Positions 1-10,651 of a stretch of 64,000 nucleotides of DNA are shown here, in pieces. Source of the stretch: Nitrososphaeria archaeon (lineage in GTDB: Archaea > Thermoproteota > Nitrososphaeria > JACIWG01); the NCBI GenBank assembly GCA_026413865.1, contig JAOAKB010000004.1, positions 1,664 through 65,663 on the forward strand. Direction: 5' to 3'. Position 1 is the first letter of the stretch, and every line of letters begins with the position of its first letter. The notes under the pieces were generated by a model, which did not search any database, was not told the DNA's origin, and worked only from the letters and a program-made list of their open reading frames with translations. The translations under genes were made by a program, and so were the position numbers.

Positions 1-1262
1 TTTGACATATACCTACTTACTATGAATGGTATTGACATGTTTTGGCTTAGAACAAGCTGTGAACCATCTCTTGAACCAATACACTGTATTGTTGCGTTAC
101 CATAATATATGCCAGGATTAACATTTGAGGCAATATATATTGGGCCAATAGAGAAGGAAGCAAATTCACCGTAGCCAAAATTAGCTTGCGATGTTGAATT
201 TATGATACTCTTCCCATAGGTGTCAATGAATCCTTTGGGAAGACTTACTATAATTAAAGTATCGCTTATAGTATATTCACCAAAATTTTGTACAATTAAA
301 TCCAAGATTATAGCACGGGAACCAGGATAGGCTCTTTCATAATTTCTCCAACTGATCTTCACGAGCCTAAGATTAGGTGAAGACTGTGCCATAATCTCAA
401 TATCTACTTGAATGGTATAAGATTGCACGTTTACAGCATTACCATAGCCTATAAAAGTGCAGTTAAAATCAAGTGGTAAACTATAAGTTCCAGGTCCAAT
501 GTTCACTGGTATCGAAATCTGATCAAATACTAGTGTAAAAATTTCATTTTTTCCTACACCATTTATTGTTGTAGTTGATATTTCAGGATAGAGAATACCA
601 TCTGAATCTAATTCAGCATCTATCCTGTTTACAGTTTCTTCACCCAAATTTTTTATTACAAAATTTAAATTGAGATTTCTGGCACCACTTGAGCCACTAA
701 CCCTATAGCCTGCAGATGTTGTCCAGTACGATTCAATAAAATCGAAGCTAAATTTTGGGAAATCGCTTACAGTAAACCATACACTAATATTTTCACGTTC
801 AACATAATAGTTTGAACCACTTACATACGAAAATTCTATTAAAGCAGTACAATTATAGTCCTTAGTCTCAGCATCATCCAAAACGTTTAACAGGAAATTT
901 GATTGAAAAACTTCACCAGAATTTACATAATATCTTATTGAGTCACCATCCTGCACATATCCCCTAGAGGTAATGTTATCTTTACCATCATAACTTTCTA
1001 TTCCAATAGGAAGATACAATGTAACATAAACACTAACCAAATTTGAACCAAAATCGTTTCTAACTAATACAATAAGATTAACATTAGAACTTCCAGGATA
1101 AACCCTTTGTGGACTAGCTAAGGAACCCCACTGTGAACCCAAAAACTTAAAATAAGAATCTACTTGAGCTTCAACAACAAAATTAAGGTTAAGCATACTA
1201 AATACCATACTATGCAAAATTACTAAGATAAGGACAAAAGAAAAAAACTTCTTAACCTTCAT
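1..1262 (-). CDS. Secreted COG1361/S-layer-domain-like protein (runs off window start)
   Basis: Not in the ORF track. ATG at 1262 reads MKVKKFFSFVLILVILHSMVFSMLNLNFVVEAQVDSYFKFLGSQWGSLASPQRVYPGSSNV: a signal peptide followed by beta-rich repeats with recurring W...YPG motifs. Lies downstream of a LolD-type ABC ATPase, the usual context for this family. Confidence 0.7.
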   Translation of the reverse strand, partial: MKVKKFFSFVLILVILHSMVFSMLNLNFVVEAQVDSYFKFLGSQWGSLASPQRVYPGSSNVNLIVLVRNDFGSNLVSVYVTLYLPIGIESYDGKDNITSRGYVQDGDSIRYYVNSGEVFQSNFLLNVLDDAETKDYNCTALIEFSYVSGSNYYVERENISVWFTVSDFPKFSFDFIESYWTTSAGYRVSGSSGARNLNLNFVIKNLGEETVNRIDAELDSDGILYPEISTTTINGVGKNEIFTLVFDQISIPVNIGPGTYSLPLDFNCTFIGYGNAVNVQSYTIQVDIEIMAQSSPNLRLVKISWRNYERAYPGSRAIILDLIVQNFGEYTISDTLIIVSLPKGFIDTYGKSIINSTSQANFGYGEFASFSIGPIYIASNVNPGIYYGNATIQCIGSRDGSQLVLSQNMSIPFIVSRYMS

Positions 1263-1324
1263 AGCCCCCACTCAACGACATTATATTTAAATTTCCTATA
1301 TACATTACTTTATAAACTATTGTA

Positions 1325-2065
1325 TTATTTCAAAAAAACACATTTTGTCGGATCAGGCACTTCCTCTCCACTGATCCTACCATCCCTAATATACAAAATT
1401 CTCTTCGAACATAATGCTACTTCAGGATTATGGGTTACCATAACTATCGTCTTACCAAGAACATTTAGTCTTGAAAAGGTTTGCATCACAATTTTCGACG
1501 AAGCCGTATCAAGATTGCCTGTAGGTTCGTCAGCCAATATAATTTCAGGATCACCCACAATGGCCCTAGCTATAGCAACACGCTGCTGTTGTCCTCCAGA
1601 AAGCTGATTAGGTTTCTTATAAAGCCAATCCTTTTCACCACCAGCCATCTCCAAAGCTTTTATAGCCAACTTAACACGCTCACTTCTAGGCAAACCTCTT
1701 AAAAGAAGTGGGACTTCAATATTTTCTAGAACAGACATTCTGTTAATAAGATTATATTGTTGAAAGACAAAACCAATCTTCCTATTCCTAAGTTGAGAAA
1801 GTTGGTCATCGTTCAATTTTGCCGTGTCAACACCCTCAAGAAGAACCTTTCCATAAGAAGGTTTATCAAGTAAACCTATTATGTTCATTAAAGTTGTTTT
1901 ACCATGGCCAGATGGACCCATTATAGCCAAAAATTCTCTTTCACAAACCTCTAAACTTACGTCTCTAAGAGCCCAAAACTCGTTACCTCCACTAATCCTA
2001 TAAACCTTTGACACGTTCACAACTTCTATCAACTTTTTCCTTTCCATACAAATTCCCCTCAACAA
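1325..2065 (-). CDS. ABC transporter ATP-binding protein, LolD/MacB-type
   Basis: Walker A GPSGHGKTT, IGFVFQQYNL, signature LSGGQQQRVAIARA, Walker B ILADEPTGNLD. Likely start is ATG 2047. Confidence 0.93.
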   Translation of the reverse strand: MLRGICMERKKLIEVVNVSKVYRISGGNEFWALRDVSLEVCEREFLAIMGPSGHGKTTLMNIIGLLDKPSYGKVLLEGVDTAKLNDDQLSQLRNRKIGFVFQQYNLINRMSVLENIEVPLLLRGLPRSERVKLAIKALEMAGGEKDWLYKKPNQLSGGQQQRVAIARAIVGDPEIILADEPTGNLDTASSKIVMQTFSRLNVLGKTIVMVTHNPEVALCSKRILYIRDGRISGEEVPDPTKCVFLK

Positions 2066-2156
2066 GCTAGTCCAAAAACATGCAATTCATCTTTTTAACA
2101 TTTAACCCACATCATATATTGTAATAAGTTTTTATACACTTACCTTATAAGGTTTC

Positions 2157-3176
2157 ATGATAAAATTGAACAAGAGAATATTTTTGGATGGAGACATTTC
2201 TTTGTTAAAAGATAAGACCATTTCAGTCATAGGATATGGAAACCAAGGGAGGGCACAGGCAAGAATTTTGAAAGAAGTTAATGGTTTAAACGTTATAGTT
2301 GGAAATATAAGGGACAAAAGCTGGGATCAGGCAGTATTAGATGGCTTCAAAGTTTATAGCATAAGCGAGGCTTCAAAGTTAGCGGATGTTCTAATGATAC
2401 TTTTACCAGACGAGGTTGCACCAGAAGTTTACACAAAAGAAATTTTGCCAAACATAGAAAAGAAAGAGTTTTGTGTTATAGACTTTGCAAGCGGATACAA
2501 TATCACATATGGTTATATAAGACCTCCAGTCAACTCAGACCTAATTCTTGTGGCACCCAGAATGATTGGAGCAGGGATAACAGATGTTGTGATGGTTAAG
2601 AAAAGGGGATTTCCAGTACTTTTGGGGGTTCACCAGAACATTTCAGGTAAAGCATGGGATTACGCTTTAGCCTTGGCGAAAGGCATTGGAGCATTCTTAC
2701 CTGGAGGGGTTGCTGTAGAATCTAGTTTCGAAGAGGAAACGCTTATAGACCTTTTTAGTGAACAGTTTCTAGCACCAAGCCTAATAGCTTCTATGGTAGC
2801 ATCTTTTGAAGTTCTGACTGAAGAGTTTGGTGTTTCACCTGAGGCAGCACTTCTAGAACTTTATGCTTCAGGAGAAATGAGTGAAGTGTTTCAGGCGATG
2901 GCTGACATTGGATTCTTTAAGCAGCTAAAATATCATTCTAGAACAAGCCAATATGGCCAGCTAACAAACGCTTTTAAAATGTACAATAGTCCAGAACTTA
3001 AGGAAAACATTAGGAGAACATTATATAAGATATATGATGGAAGTTTTGCAAAAGAATGGGCTATGGAACAGAATCTTGGAAACCCAGTATTTAACAGACT
3101 ATGGAAAATATTTGAGGAATCCAAGATGTCTAAGGCTGAAGACAAATTATATAGAATTTTAAAGAGAAGAGAGTAA
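2157..3176 (+). CDS. ilvC: Ketol-acid reductoisomerase (class I KARI)
   Basis: IGYGNQGRAQA Rossmann motif, LLPDE, SFEEETLIDLFSEQ, HSRTSQYG, DGSFAKEW. Confidence 0.88.
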   Translation: MIKLNKRIFLDGDISLLKDKTISVIGYGNQGRAQARILKEVNGLNVIVGNIRDKSWDQAVLDGFKVYSISEASKLADVLMILLPDEVAPEVYTKEILPNIEKKEFCVIDFASGYNITYGYIRPPVNSDLILVAPRMIGAGITDVVMVKKRGFPVLLGVHQNISGKAWDYALALAKGIGAFLPGGVAVESSFEEETLIDLFSEQFLAPSLIASMVASFEVLTEEFGVSPEAALLELYASGEMSEVFQAMADIGFFKQLKYHSRTSQYGQLTNAFKMYNSPELKENIRRTLYKIYDGSFAKEWAMEQNLGNPVFNRLWKIFEESKMSKAEDKLYRILKRRE

Positions 3177-3188
3177 ACAGTTATCCTA

Positions 3189-4367
3189 CTATTCTCTCCT
3201 AAAACTTTTTTTAAGACATAAGAGAGCGAAAGCCTGCGTTAATATAGCGTACAATATAATATATATTATTTCGGTACCAGTGTCCAAAAATAGGCCGAAG
3301 ACAACACCACTTAAAAGGAAGCCTACACCATATATAGTATTAAATATACCATATGCGGTTCCATGAGATTCTTTTGGAACATAATATGATACTGCAGCCC
3401 TATAAACAGATTCTTGCATACCCAAAACAATGCCATACAAAACACATGATACAATAAGGTAAGTTAAGTCTAATGCGTAAAAAGCAAAAAAACATGTGAA
3501 TATTGAGAGAATAAATGGTGTTATCAAAATCCTTGTGCCAACACGATCAAAAACTATTCCAGAAAACAAAGCAGAAGGAGCATCAATCAACTGTATAAGC
3601 ATAAAAAGCAGAGGCACAACCCATTCCATACCAGATGGAACTAAAATAGTTGAAGCCTTATAGAGTATAAGTGAGGCTGGAACCAGTCCTAAAACATTAG
3701 AAAAAACAGCTAGGGAGTATACGTAAAAATCTTTAGAAAAAGTTTTGGACAGAAGTCTATCACCAGAACTTCGTCCCTCAGAAACTTTAAGCCTAACTTT
3801 ATAATATACATAAAATAGTATAGCAACAAGTATAATGTAGGGTACAAAAAGTGATGCAAAAGTAACTGAGTAATTATTAAATGTAAGCAGTATTATAGAA
3901 ACAAATAATGGACCTAAAACTGCACCAACCTGGTCTAGAAGTTCATGCAACCCGAAGGCTTTACCAACACCAACACCCTTACTAACAATAGAGACGATAG
4001 CGTCTCTTGCAGGAGCTCTAATAGCCTTACCAATCCTTTCCATTACAACCAAAAAGGCAGCGGCAAACCAAAAGTTGGTTACCGAAAGAAGAGGTATTGT
4101 TACAATAAGACCATATCCTATAAACATGAACATCCAATATGTACCACTTTTATCGGACAAGTATCCACTGATAAGCCTTATAGCATATCCTAAAAAATCT
4201 CCAAGGCCAGTGACAAAGCCTACAATAAAAGCTGAAGCACCTAAAATCTGAAGATAAGATGGTATAATTCCTCTACCACCCTCATAAACGATATCACCCA
4301 TCATACTAACTATTCCAATAAGAGTTATCGTAAAATATACAGATTTGGTTCTATCATCCAATACCAA
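3189..4367 (-). CDS. MFS transporter
   Basis: About 12 hydrophobic helices; GYLSDK loop motif; ERIGKAIRAPARDA; GKAFGLHELLDQVGAVLGP. Confidence 0.88.
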   Translation of the reverse strand: MVLDDRTKSVYFTITLIGIVSMMGDIVYEGGRGIIPSYLQILGASAFIVGFVTGLGDFLGYAIRLISGYLSDKSGTYWMFMFIGYGLIVTIPLLSVTNFWFAAAFLVVMERIGKAIRAPARDAIVSIVSKGVGVGKAFGLHELLDQVGAVLGPLFVSIILLTFNNYSVTFASLFVPYIILVAILFYVYYKVRLKVSEGRSSGDRLLSKTFSKDFYVYSLAVFSNVLGLVPASLILYKASTILVPSGMEWVVPLLFMLIQLIDAPSALFSGIVFDRVGTRILITPFILSIFTCFFAFYALDLTYLIVSCVLYGIVLGMQESVYRAAVSYYVPKESHGTAYGIFNTIYGVGFLLSGVVFGLFLDTGTEIIYIILYAILTQAFALLCLKKSFRRE

Positions 4368-5450
4368 TCACTTTATTTTAAGATTATAGGCACTCTTTAA
4401 TCGTTCTAGAAAATCTTTTCTTTCCAAATAAAGGTTTTTATGAGAGCATACATAGTTTTTAGAGAACATGTAGGAAAACAGTAATGGTGCTGAGACAGTA
4501 ATATCCATGTAGACAGTGACCTTATTTATATCCTCACGTGGCCTAATCTTACCCCAAGAAACAGCCTCCTGTAAAGTGGCACCAGATAAACCACCATACT
4601 GTGGAACATCAACAGTAAGTTGTATAACATAATCATGACCACCTCTACCAATGCCAAGTATTTGATCAAGCATGGGCTGAGTTTGAAAATAAAAATTTTT
4701 AGGAGAACCGCCACCCAAAACAATAACACCATTACTTTCACTACAATAAACTATTGCAGCAGTTTCAAGAACATCTAAGTCTGGGTCAATAATTATTCCC
4801 TTCCTATCAATTTTTACTTTTGCAACATTCATTCCAATACTTGAATCGCCCGAAGAAGGGGCATAGATGGGCACATTATATTTTGCTGCCATAGCAAGAA
4901 TCGATTCTTCAGGATTTGGAGCATTTTCAAGAAGCCACTTACCAAGAAGATAGTGAAAGTCTGAAGTTGAAAGTGGGCTACTAACTTTTTCGCTAATTTC
5001 ATAAACAATCTTTTGAACAGCCTTATCTGTTTCAAAAAGAGTTTCATCAGGAATAAAGATATCATATATTCTAACAATACCATGTTTCAAAAGCTTTTCA
5101 TCATCAACATTAGATGAGCCTTGATAAATTGGTAGATTTAAAGCAAAATGCATATCATGATAAAGGTTCGCTCCAGTTGAAATGATCATGTCAATGAGAC
5201 CTCTTTCCATTGCATGTATAATGTAACTTCCTAAGCCTGTTGGCGTAAAGGCGCCTGCAAGTGTCAGTGCAACTGTTGAACCAACCTTAACCATCTTCTC
5301 GTATACCCTACATGCCTCAGCAAGCCTTCCAGCATTATATGCGCCTGAAAGGTCAAAATTTTCTATAATATCAAGTATGTTAGAAAAGGTTTTCGGTTTA
5401 ATAGCTCTAATTCTCTTACCAGAAAGAAAATCTTCTCTCCTCTCCATCAA
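4368..5450 (-). CDS. Deoxyhypusine synthase family protein (possibly homospermidine-synthase-like)
   Basis: ISTGANLYHD, GGGSPKNF, GGLSGATLQEAVSWGK including the catalytic Lys. Confidence 0.88.
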   Translation of the reverse strand: MMERREDFLSGKRIRAIKPKTFSNILDIIENFDLSGAYNAGRLAEACRVYEKMVKVGSTVALTLAGAFTPTGLGSYIIHAMERGLIDMIISTGANLYHDMHFALNLPIYQGSSNVDDEKLLKHGIVRIYDIFIPDETLFETDKAVQKIVYEISEKVSSPLSTSDFHYLLGKWLLENAPNPEESILAMAAKYNVPIYAPSSGDSSIGMNVAKVKIDRKGIIIDPDLDVLETAAIVYCSESNGVIVLGGGSPKNFYFQTQPMLDQILGIGRGGHDYVIQLTVDVPQYGGLSGATLQEAVSWGKIRPREDINKVTVYMDITVSAPLLFSYMFSKNYVCSHKNLYLERKDFLERLKSAYNLKIK

Positions 5451-5480
5451 CGCCTTTCTACTACACTATACATTTAAACT

Positions 5481-5520
5481 TATTTTAAAAAAATTAAAAA
5501 TAAAAAAATGTTAAAAAATT
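5481..5520 (-). terminator. Oligo-T tract, putative archaeal intrinsic terminator overlapping the next promoter
   Basis: Several A5-A7 runs on + (T runs on -) immediately after the stop of the BMP gene. Confidence 0.35.
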
Positions 5521-5525
5521 GGAGA

Positions 5526-6776
5526 CTATTTTGGAAGAGGAGTTTGAACCCCTTCAACATGCCAGTCCATGTTCCAGAGAATATCGTGTGTAGCCCTTTC
5601 TCCATCCTTTAATCTAACATTTCCATCCATATCTTTTATTGGACCAGTAAATGGTTCGAACAACATTTCCTTCATCTGCTGCCATCTTAAAGCAATTAAG
5701 GCTCTAACATTTTCTGGAATCACAGGATTTAATGGAGCAAGGTAGACAGCTCCATCATATTCAACCTTCGGATTTTGAAGATTAGCCCACTTATATGCCA
5801 TATAATCGCCTACTCTAGCCCAAATATCGACACTCCTCCAGCTTCTTGCATAAACTTGTGTGACAAAATCAACGTATATTGGGCCCCAATTTACTATCTG
5901 GCCTGTAAGGTGGGCGTTTGGACCTTCCTTACTCATATCACTATAATGACTGAAGCTCCAGACCCTTTTACCCTTCTTCTGATACGATTCAGCAACCTGT
6001 AGAACTGTGGGGGTATCTTCTGTGAAAGCTAACACATCCGCATTATTATTTTCAACAAGGCTTGTTGCAGCCTTATTTGCACCTTCTGGGTCAAACCATG
6101 CGTTCAGCCACTGAACATAAACTTTAATATTTTTACCTCTAGCCTTAGCAGACTCTTTAGCACCCAATACAAAAGCATTTATGTGCCTAATAACTTCAGG
6201 AATAGGTATAGCGCCAACGTAGCCTAAAACACCTGTTTCTGTTACAGCACCGGCTGCAAGACCGTTCAGGTAATATAGTTGATAGAATTCAGCAAAATAT
6301 GCACTAAGATTTTGAGGAGCATTTCCAGCTGCGCCACTCTTGTATCCGGAACAGTGTGCAAAGTATAAGTCAGGATGTTTTTGTGCAGCTTCAGCAGTAC
6401 CTTCCATAAAACCGAAACTTGTTGTAAAGATTATGTTAGCACCTTGGCCTATTAACGTTTCTATAGCACCCTGAACCTTAGCTTCTTCAACACTTTCAAC
6501 AATTTTTGTTTCAAGCCATGGGCACACCTTTTTCGCGTAAGCTCTACCTGCATCGTGTGCGTGAGTCCAACCATAGTCTGAAACAGGTCCGACATAAACA
6601 AATCCTGCTACAACCTTCCTTTCAGCAGCCTGAGTAGTAGTTTTTGTAACAGTCTGTGTAACAGGAGCGCGTCCACCACCAGCTGCGACATAACCTAATC
6701 CTGCGCCAACTGCAACGCCACCTAAAGCGAAGGCAGCATCTCTTAGAAAACTTCTTCTAGACTTCTCAACACTCAT
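5526..6776 (-). CDS. BMP-family ABC substrate-binding protein (purine/nucleoside type), Tat signal
   Basis: SRRSFLR twin-arginine motif, hydrophobic helix, Thr-rich linker, then GFVYVGPVSDYGWTHAHDAGR, FTTSFGFM, IPEVIRHINAF. Confidence 0.9.
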   Translation of the reverse strand: MSVEKSRRSFLRDAAFALGGVAVGAGLGYVAAGGGRAPVTQTVTKTTTQAAERKVVAGFVYVGPVSDYGWTHAHDAGRAYAKKVCPWLETKIVESVEEAKVQGAIETLIGQGANIIFTTSFGFMEGTAEAAQKHPDLYFAHCSGYKSGAAGNAPQNLSAYFAEFYQLYYLNGLAAGAVTETGVLGYVGAIPIPEVIRHINAFVLGAKESAKARGKNIKVYVQWLNAWFDPEGANKAATSLVENNNADVLAFTEDTPTVLQVAESYQKKGKRVWSFSHYSDMSKEGPNAHLTGQIVNWGPIYVDFVTQVYARSWRSVDIWARVGDYMAYKWANLQNPKVEYDGAVYLAPLNPVIPENVRALIALRWQQMKEMLFEPFTGPIKDMDGNVRLKDGERATHDILWNMDWHVEGVQTPLPK

Positions 6777-6834
6777 ATTTAACTCATTATAGTAAAAATT
6801 ATAATACTATATAACTTTTATTTACAAGTTTATG

Positions 6835-7770
6835 TTAAAGTTCTCTAGTATATGGTTTGCCAAGTGATGCAGGCATTTTACGTCTACGGAATCTTGTCGA
6901 AGAGAATATGACCAACACAACTATGGTTAAAAGATATGGAAGCGTTCGGAAAAAGTCTGTGGGTATCATTCTAAAGCCTATCGACTGAAAAGTAGCGTTT
7001 AATGTTCCAACAAGACCAAAAAAGTATGCGCCAAAGAAAGCATACAATGGATTCCATGACGAGAATATTACAAGAGCGACAGCTATCCAACCTCTACCAG
7101 CCGTTATACCATCATACCAGCTTGGATAATAACCTAGAATTAGTAGAGCGCCTGAAACACCACATAATGCACCCCCAACTAAGGTTGCAATATACCTTGT
7201 CAAGAATACGTTTATGCCAAGAGAGTCCGCCATAGAAGGATTTTCGCCTACAGACCTTAAATTTAGACCAAAACTTGTCTTGTATAAAATGAACCATAAA
7301 ATTATAACCATAACATATGAGAAATATACTAGAGGGTTCTGGTTAAAGAAGGATGGGCCGATGACAGGTATTTCTGAAAGAACTGGAATTCTAATACTTT
7401 CAAGGGGCTCTATCCTAACTCTTGATAGAGCAAGCGGTCGGCCGATAAAGCTGCTTAATCCTAATCCAAGTATTGTTATTGCAAGACCGCTGACAGTCTG
7501 ATTTACCTTTAATGTTATAGAAACAAATGCATGTATGAGACTTAGCATGAGACCAGCGAAAGCCGCTGCCAAAGTTGCTATAACCCAATTGCCCGTAAGA
7601 TAATATACAATAAATGAGGATAAGGCACCAAAACACATAAGCCCCTCAACACCCAAATTCAATATTCCAGAACGTTCTGTAAATATTTCGCCTAAGGTAG
7701 CTATAAGCAGTATACTACCTTCCTGAACCATAAGAATAAACATTGTAGTCAATATTATCATAGGGTCCAA
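6835..7770 (-). CDS. Nucleoside-type ABC transporter permease
   Basis: GEIFTERSGILNLGVEG, GLNLRSVGENP, AGRGWIAVALV. Confidence 0.92.
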   Translation of the reverse strand: MDPMIILTTMFILMVQEGSILLIATLGEIFTERSGILNLGVEGLMCFGALSSFIVYYLTGNWVIATLAAAFAGLMLSLIHAFVSITLKVNQTVSGLAITILGLGLSSFIGRPLALSRVRIEPLESIRIPVLSEIPVIGPSFFNQNPLVYFSYVMVIILWFILYKTSFGLNLRSVGENPSMADSLGINVFLTRYIATLVGGALCGVSGALLILGYYPSWYDGITAGRGWIAVALVIFSSWNPLYAFFGAYFFGLVGTLNATFQSIGFRMIPTDFFRTLPYLLTIVVLVIFSSTRFRRRKMPASLGKPYTREL

Positions 7771-7773
7771 TCT

Positions 7774-8838
7774 TTATCGCCTCCAGACAAGCTTATACCT
7801 TTTAAAGAATTCTCCAGAAAGAGTAGTGATTAATAAGAGCGCTTGAAAAACATCAGTTATGCCAACAGATAAACCCATAGAACCCTGCAAAACTTCACCG
7901 CCAACCAATAGGCCTCCAAAAAATATTGAACCCAAAACAATAATAAAGGGATTCAAATTACATAACCATGCAACAATTATTCCAGTATAACCGTATCCTG
8001 GCGAAAAGTCAGGCCTTAACCGACCTATTACACCACTCAATAAAGACATTCCAGCCAAACCAGATAAGCCAGCACTAATCGCCATAACCAAGCACACAAC
8101 CTTAGAATAAGATATACCAGCATATTTTGCTGCAGAATAGCTGTCACCAACAACCTTAACCTCAAAACCAAATTTTGTCTTAGCTAAAATAACATATATG
8201 GCTATTGCTGCAAATATTCCAATAAATATACTTGAGTTTATTGTTGTTCCAGGAATAAGAGGAAATCTAGCATATTCTGGAAAGGGTGGAGAATGTGGAA
8301 AACCATAACCTTTAGGATCCTTCCATGGACCAATAACAAGGTAATTAGATATTATCTGCGCAATATAGTTCATCATAAGAGTAGTTAAAACCTCGTTTGT
8401 TTCAAACCTGGCTTTAAGTAAAGCAGGTATAATACCCCATACACTAGAAAATAGAAAGACAAATATGATTGCAATCGGCATAAAAAGTGGGTCAGGCAAA
8501 AATCTGTTCTGGGCATTCCATAATACTAGGAAAGTGATAACTATACCGCCAACATAAATTTGGCCTTCACCACCAACAGAAATAAAATTAGCCTTGTACG
8601 CCAGAGTAAGGCCTAAGGCAACAAGCATTATGGGTATAGCCCTAACAACAGCCTCAGAAAGCAACGCAGAATTTGTAAATGATCTGAAAAGGTTGTAGTA
8701 TGCTAAAATTGGGTCAACATTAGAAAAAACAAATATTATACCTGAAATAATAAAGGCTGAGAGTATAGAGGCTAAGCTTATTGCAAAAGACATAAGAGTT
8801 GAAATTCTTTCTCGTGGAAAAAATTGTATTCTGTTCAA
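7774..8838 (-). CDS. Nucleoside-type ABC transporter permease
   Basis: GGEGQI, NEVLTTLMMNY, GFEVKVVG, GYGYTGIIVA; many TM helices. Confidence 0.92.
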   Translation of the reverse strand: MNRIQFFPRERISTLMSFAISLASILSAFIISGIIFVFSNVDPILAYYNLFRSFTNSALLSEAVVRAIPIMLVALGLTLAYKANFISVGGEGQIYVGGIVITFLVLWNAQNRFLPDPLFMPIAIIFVFLFSSVWGIIPALLKARFETNEVLTTLMMNYIAQIISNYLVIGPWKDPKGYGFPHSPPFPEYARFPLIPGTTINSSIFIGIFAAIAIYVILAKTKFGFEVKVVGDSYSAAKYAGISYSKVVCLVMAISAGLSGLAGMSLLSGVIGRLRPDFSPGYGYTGIIVAWLCNLNPFIIVLGSIFFGGLLVGGEVLQGSMGLSVGITDVFQALLLITTLSGEFFKRYKLVWRR

Positions 8839-8848
8839 TAAAATTCAC

Positions 8849-10387
8849 CTACGAAACAGCCGATCCAGCCATCATCAACCCAATCTTTTCAACATCAGCC
8901 TTACCAGAATCCATTTCACCCACAATCCTTCCATCGAACATTACAAAAATTCTGTCAGATATTGAGAGAATTTCCTCCAAATCTTCTGAAAAAAAGATTA
9001 TTGCATTACCTTGATCCCTCATCTTTAACAAAAGCCTTCTAACATATTCAGTTGCACCAACGTCAAGACCACGTGTAGGATACATTGCTACAATCACACG
9101 ACCATCACCACCTACTAGGCTACTCAATTCCCTAGCCAAAACAACCTTCTGCAGATTTCCACCCGAAAGAAGCTTTACAGGAACCTTTACAGAAGGACAT
9201 ACTATTTCAAAATCATTAACAAGCCTTTCAGCAAACTTTTGAATAGAGTCAAAGTTCAAGAAAACGGAGTCACAGAAGGGGCGATTATTATAACTTTTAA
9301 GGACCAAGTTTTCTGCAACAGAAAGATTTGGAGCAGTACCAACACCAAGCCGCTCTTCTGGAATAAAAAGAACACCATTTTCAAAAAACCTTCTAGGAGA
9401 AGCGTTCGTCAAATCCTTATCTTTAACAAAAATTTTACCACTTGAAACACGCCTCAACCCAGTTATAGCTTCAGCTAACTCCCTCTGCCCATTTCCAGCA
9501 ATACCTGCGACGCCAACAATTTCACCACTATTCAAACTAAAACTTACATCCTTAAGCCTAAGGTTACCATCTTCATCCAGAACACGAATATTTTCGACTT
9601 TCAAAGCTAAACCTGACAATTTAGGCGGATATCTAGAATATTCAAAAATGACTGGTCTACCAATCATCAAATTAGCCAATTCAACCTTATTCGTTTCTTT
9701 TGTGACCTTTGTAGCAACATTTTTACCTCGCCTTAGAACAGTCACCCTATCACTAATTTCTAAAACTTCATCAAGCTTATGTGTAATAAATATTATACTT
9801 TTTCCCTTAGAAGACATTTCCCTTAAAGAAGAAAAAAGCTCTTTCTTTTCCTGAGGAGTCAAAACAGCAGTAGGCTCATCAAATATCATAATACGAACAT
9901 TCCTATATAGAAGCTTTAGAATTTCAACCCTCTGCCTTTCACCCATAGAAAGTTTCCAAACTTCAGAAAATGGGTCAACCATTAGACCAAAAGATGAAGC
10001 CAAATTTTTAATTTTTTCACCCGATTTTTTCAAGTCAAGGATAAAACCATTTTTTTCAGAACCTAAAATTACATTTTCTACAATAGTATGTGCTGGAACA
10101 AGTTTAAAATTTTGATGCACCATACCAATACCAAGTTTTATTGCATTACGTGGAGAACGAATAGAAACTTCTCTACCGTCAACCTTGATAACACCACTGT
10201 CCATCTTATAAATTCCATATAAAATGTTCATTAAAGTTGTTTTGCCAGCACCATTTTCACCTAAAAGAGCATGAATTTCACCAGCCTTCAAAGAAAAATT
10301 TACTCTATCGTTTGCAACAACACCGGGAAAGACCTTAACTATATCCACCATCTCCAGAAGATTTTCACTCATCAGAAGCCACCTCAA
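8849..10387 (-). CDS. CUT2-type ABC ATP-binding protein (two NBDs)
   Basis: GEIHALLGENGAGKTTL, FDEPTAVL, LSGGNLQKVVLAREL, PTRGLDVGA. Confidence 0.95.
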   Translation of the reverse strand: MRWLLMSENLLEMVDIVKVFPGVVANDRVNFSLKAGEIHALLGENGAGKTTLMNILYGIYKMDSGVIKVDGREVSIRSPRNAIKLGIGMVHQNFKLVPAHTIVENVILGSEKNGFILDLKKSGEKIKNLASSFGLMVDPFSEVWKLSMGERQRVEILKLLYRNVRIMIFDEPTAVLTPQEKKELFSSLREMSSKGKSIIFITHKLDEVLEISDRVTVLRRGKNVATKVTKETNKVELANLMIGRPVIFEYSRYPPKLSGLALKVENIRVLDEDGNLRLKDVSFSLNSGEIVGVAGIAGNGQRELAEAITGLRRVSSGKIFVKDKDLTNASPRRFFENGVLFIPEERLGVGTAPNLSVAENLVLKSYNNRPFCDSVFLNFDSIQKFAERLVNDFEIVCPSVKVPVKLLSGGNLQKVVLARELSSLVGGDGRVIVAMYPTRGLDVGATEYVRRLLLKMRDQGNAIIFFSEDLEEILSISDRIFVMFDGRIVGEMDSGKADVEKIGLMMAGSAVS

Positions 10388-10621
10388 ACAAATTTCACAC
10401 TAATAATGGTGTATAATAAATTTTGAGCAACACATGATAATAATTCACTTAAAAATATTAAAAAAATCCTAAACTTTAAAGTAAGCTTATTACATAAAAA
10501 CTCAGAAAAAACAACTTCAAAAAAAACCATTTTCCCTCATTCACGCAATTTTAAGAGCGCATATTTAATCCTTTTTAACAAGAACTTGGAAAAAAAGGGG
10601 TTTTTAAGATGACCAAAATAC

Positions 10622-10628
10622 TTTTTAA
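10622..10628 (+). promoter_or_regulatory. Archaeal TATA box, leaderless-type promoter
   Basis: TTTTTAA preceded by an A-rich BRE-like stretch, about 24-30 nt upstream of ATG 10652. The same geometry occurs before 2157 and 31655. Confidence 0.5.
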
Positions 10629-10651
10629 CTAAAGCATATTCTCCTACTCAT

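Noticed and set aside
1890..1925. His in the ABC Walker A motif (GPSGHGKT)
   Set aside because: It falls at a variable position; all essential residues are intact.
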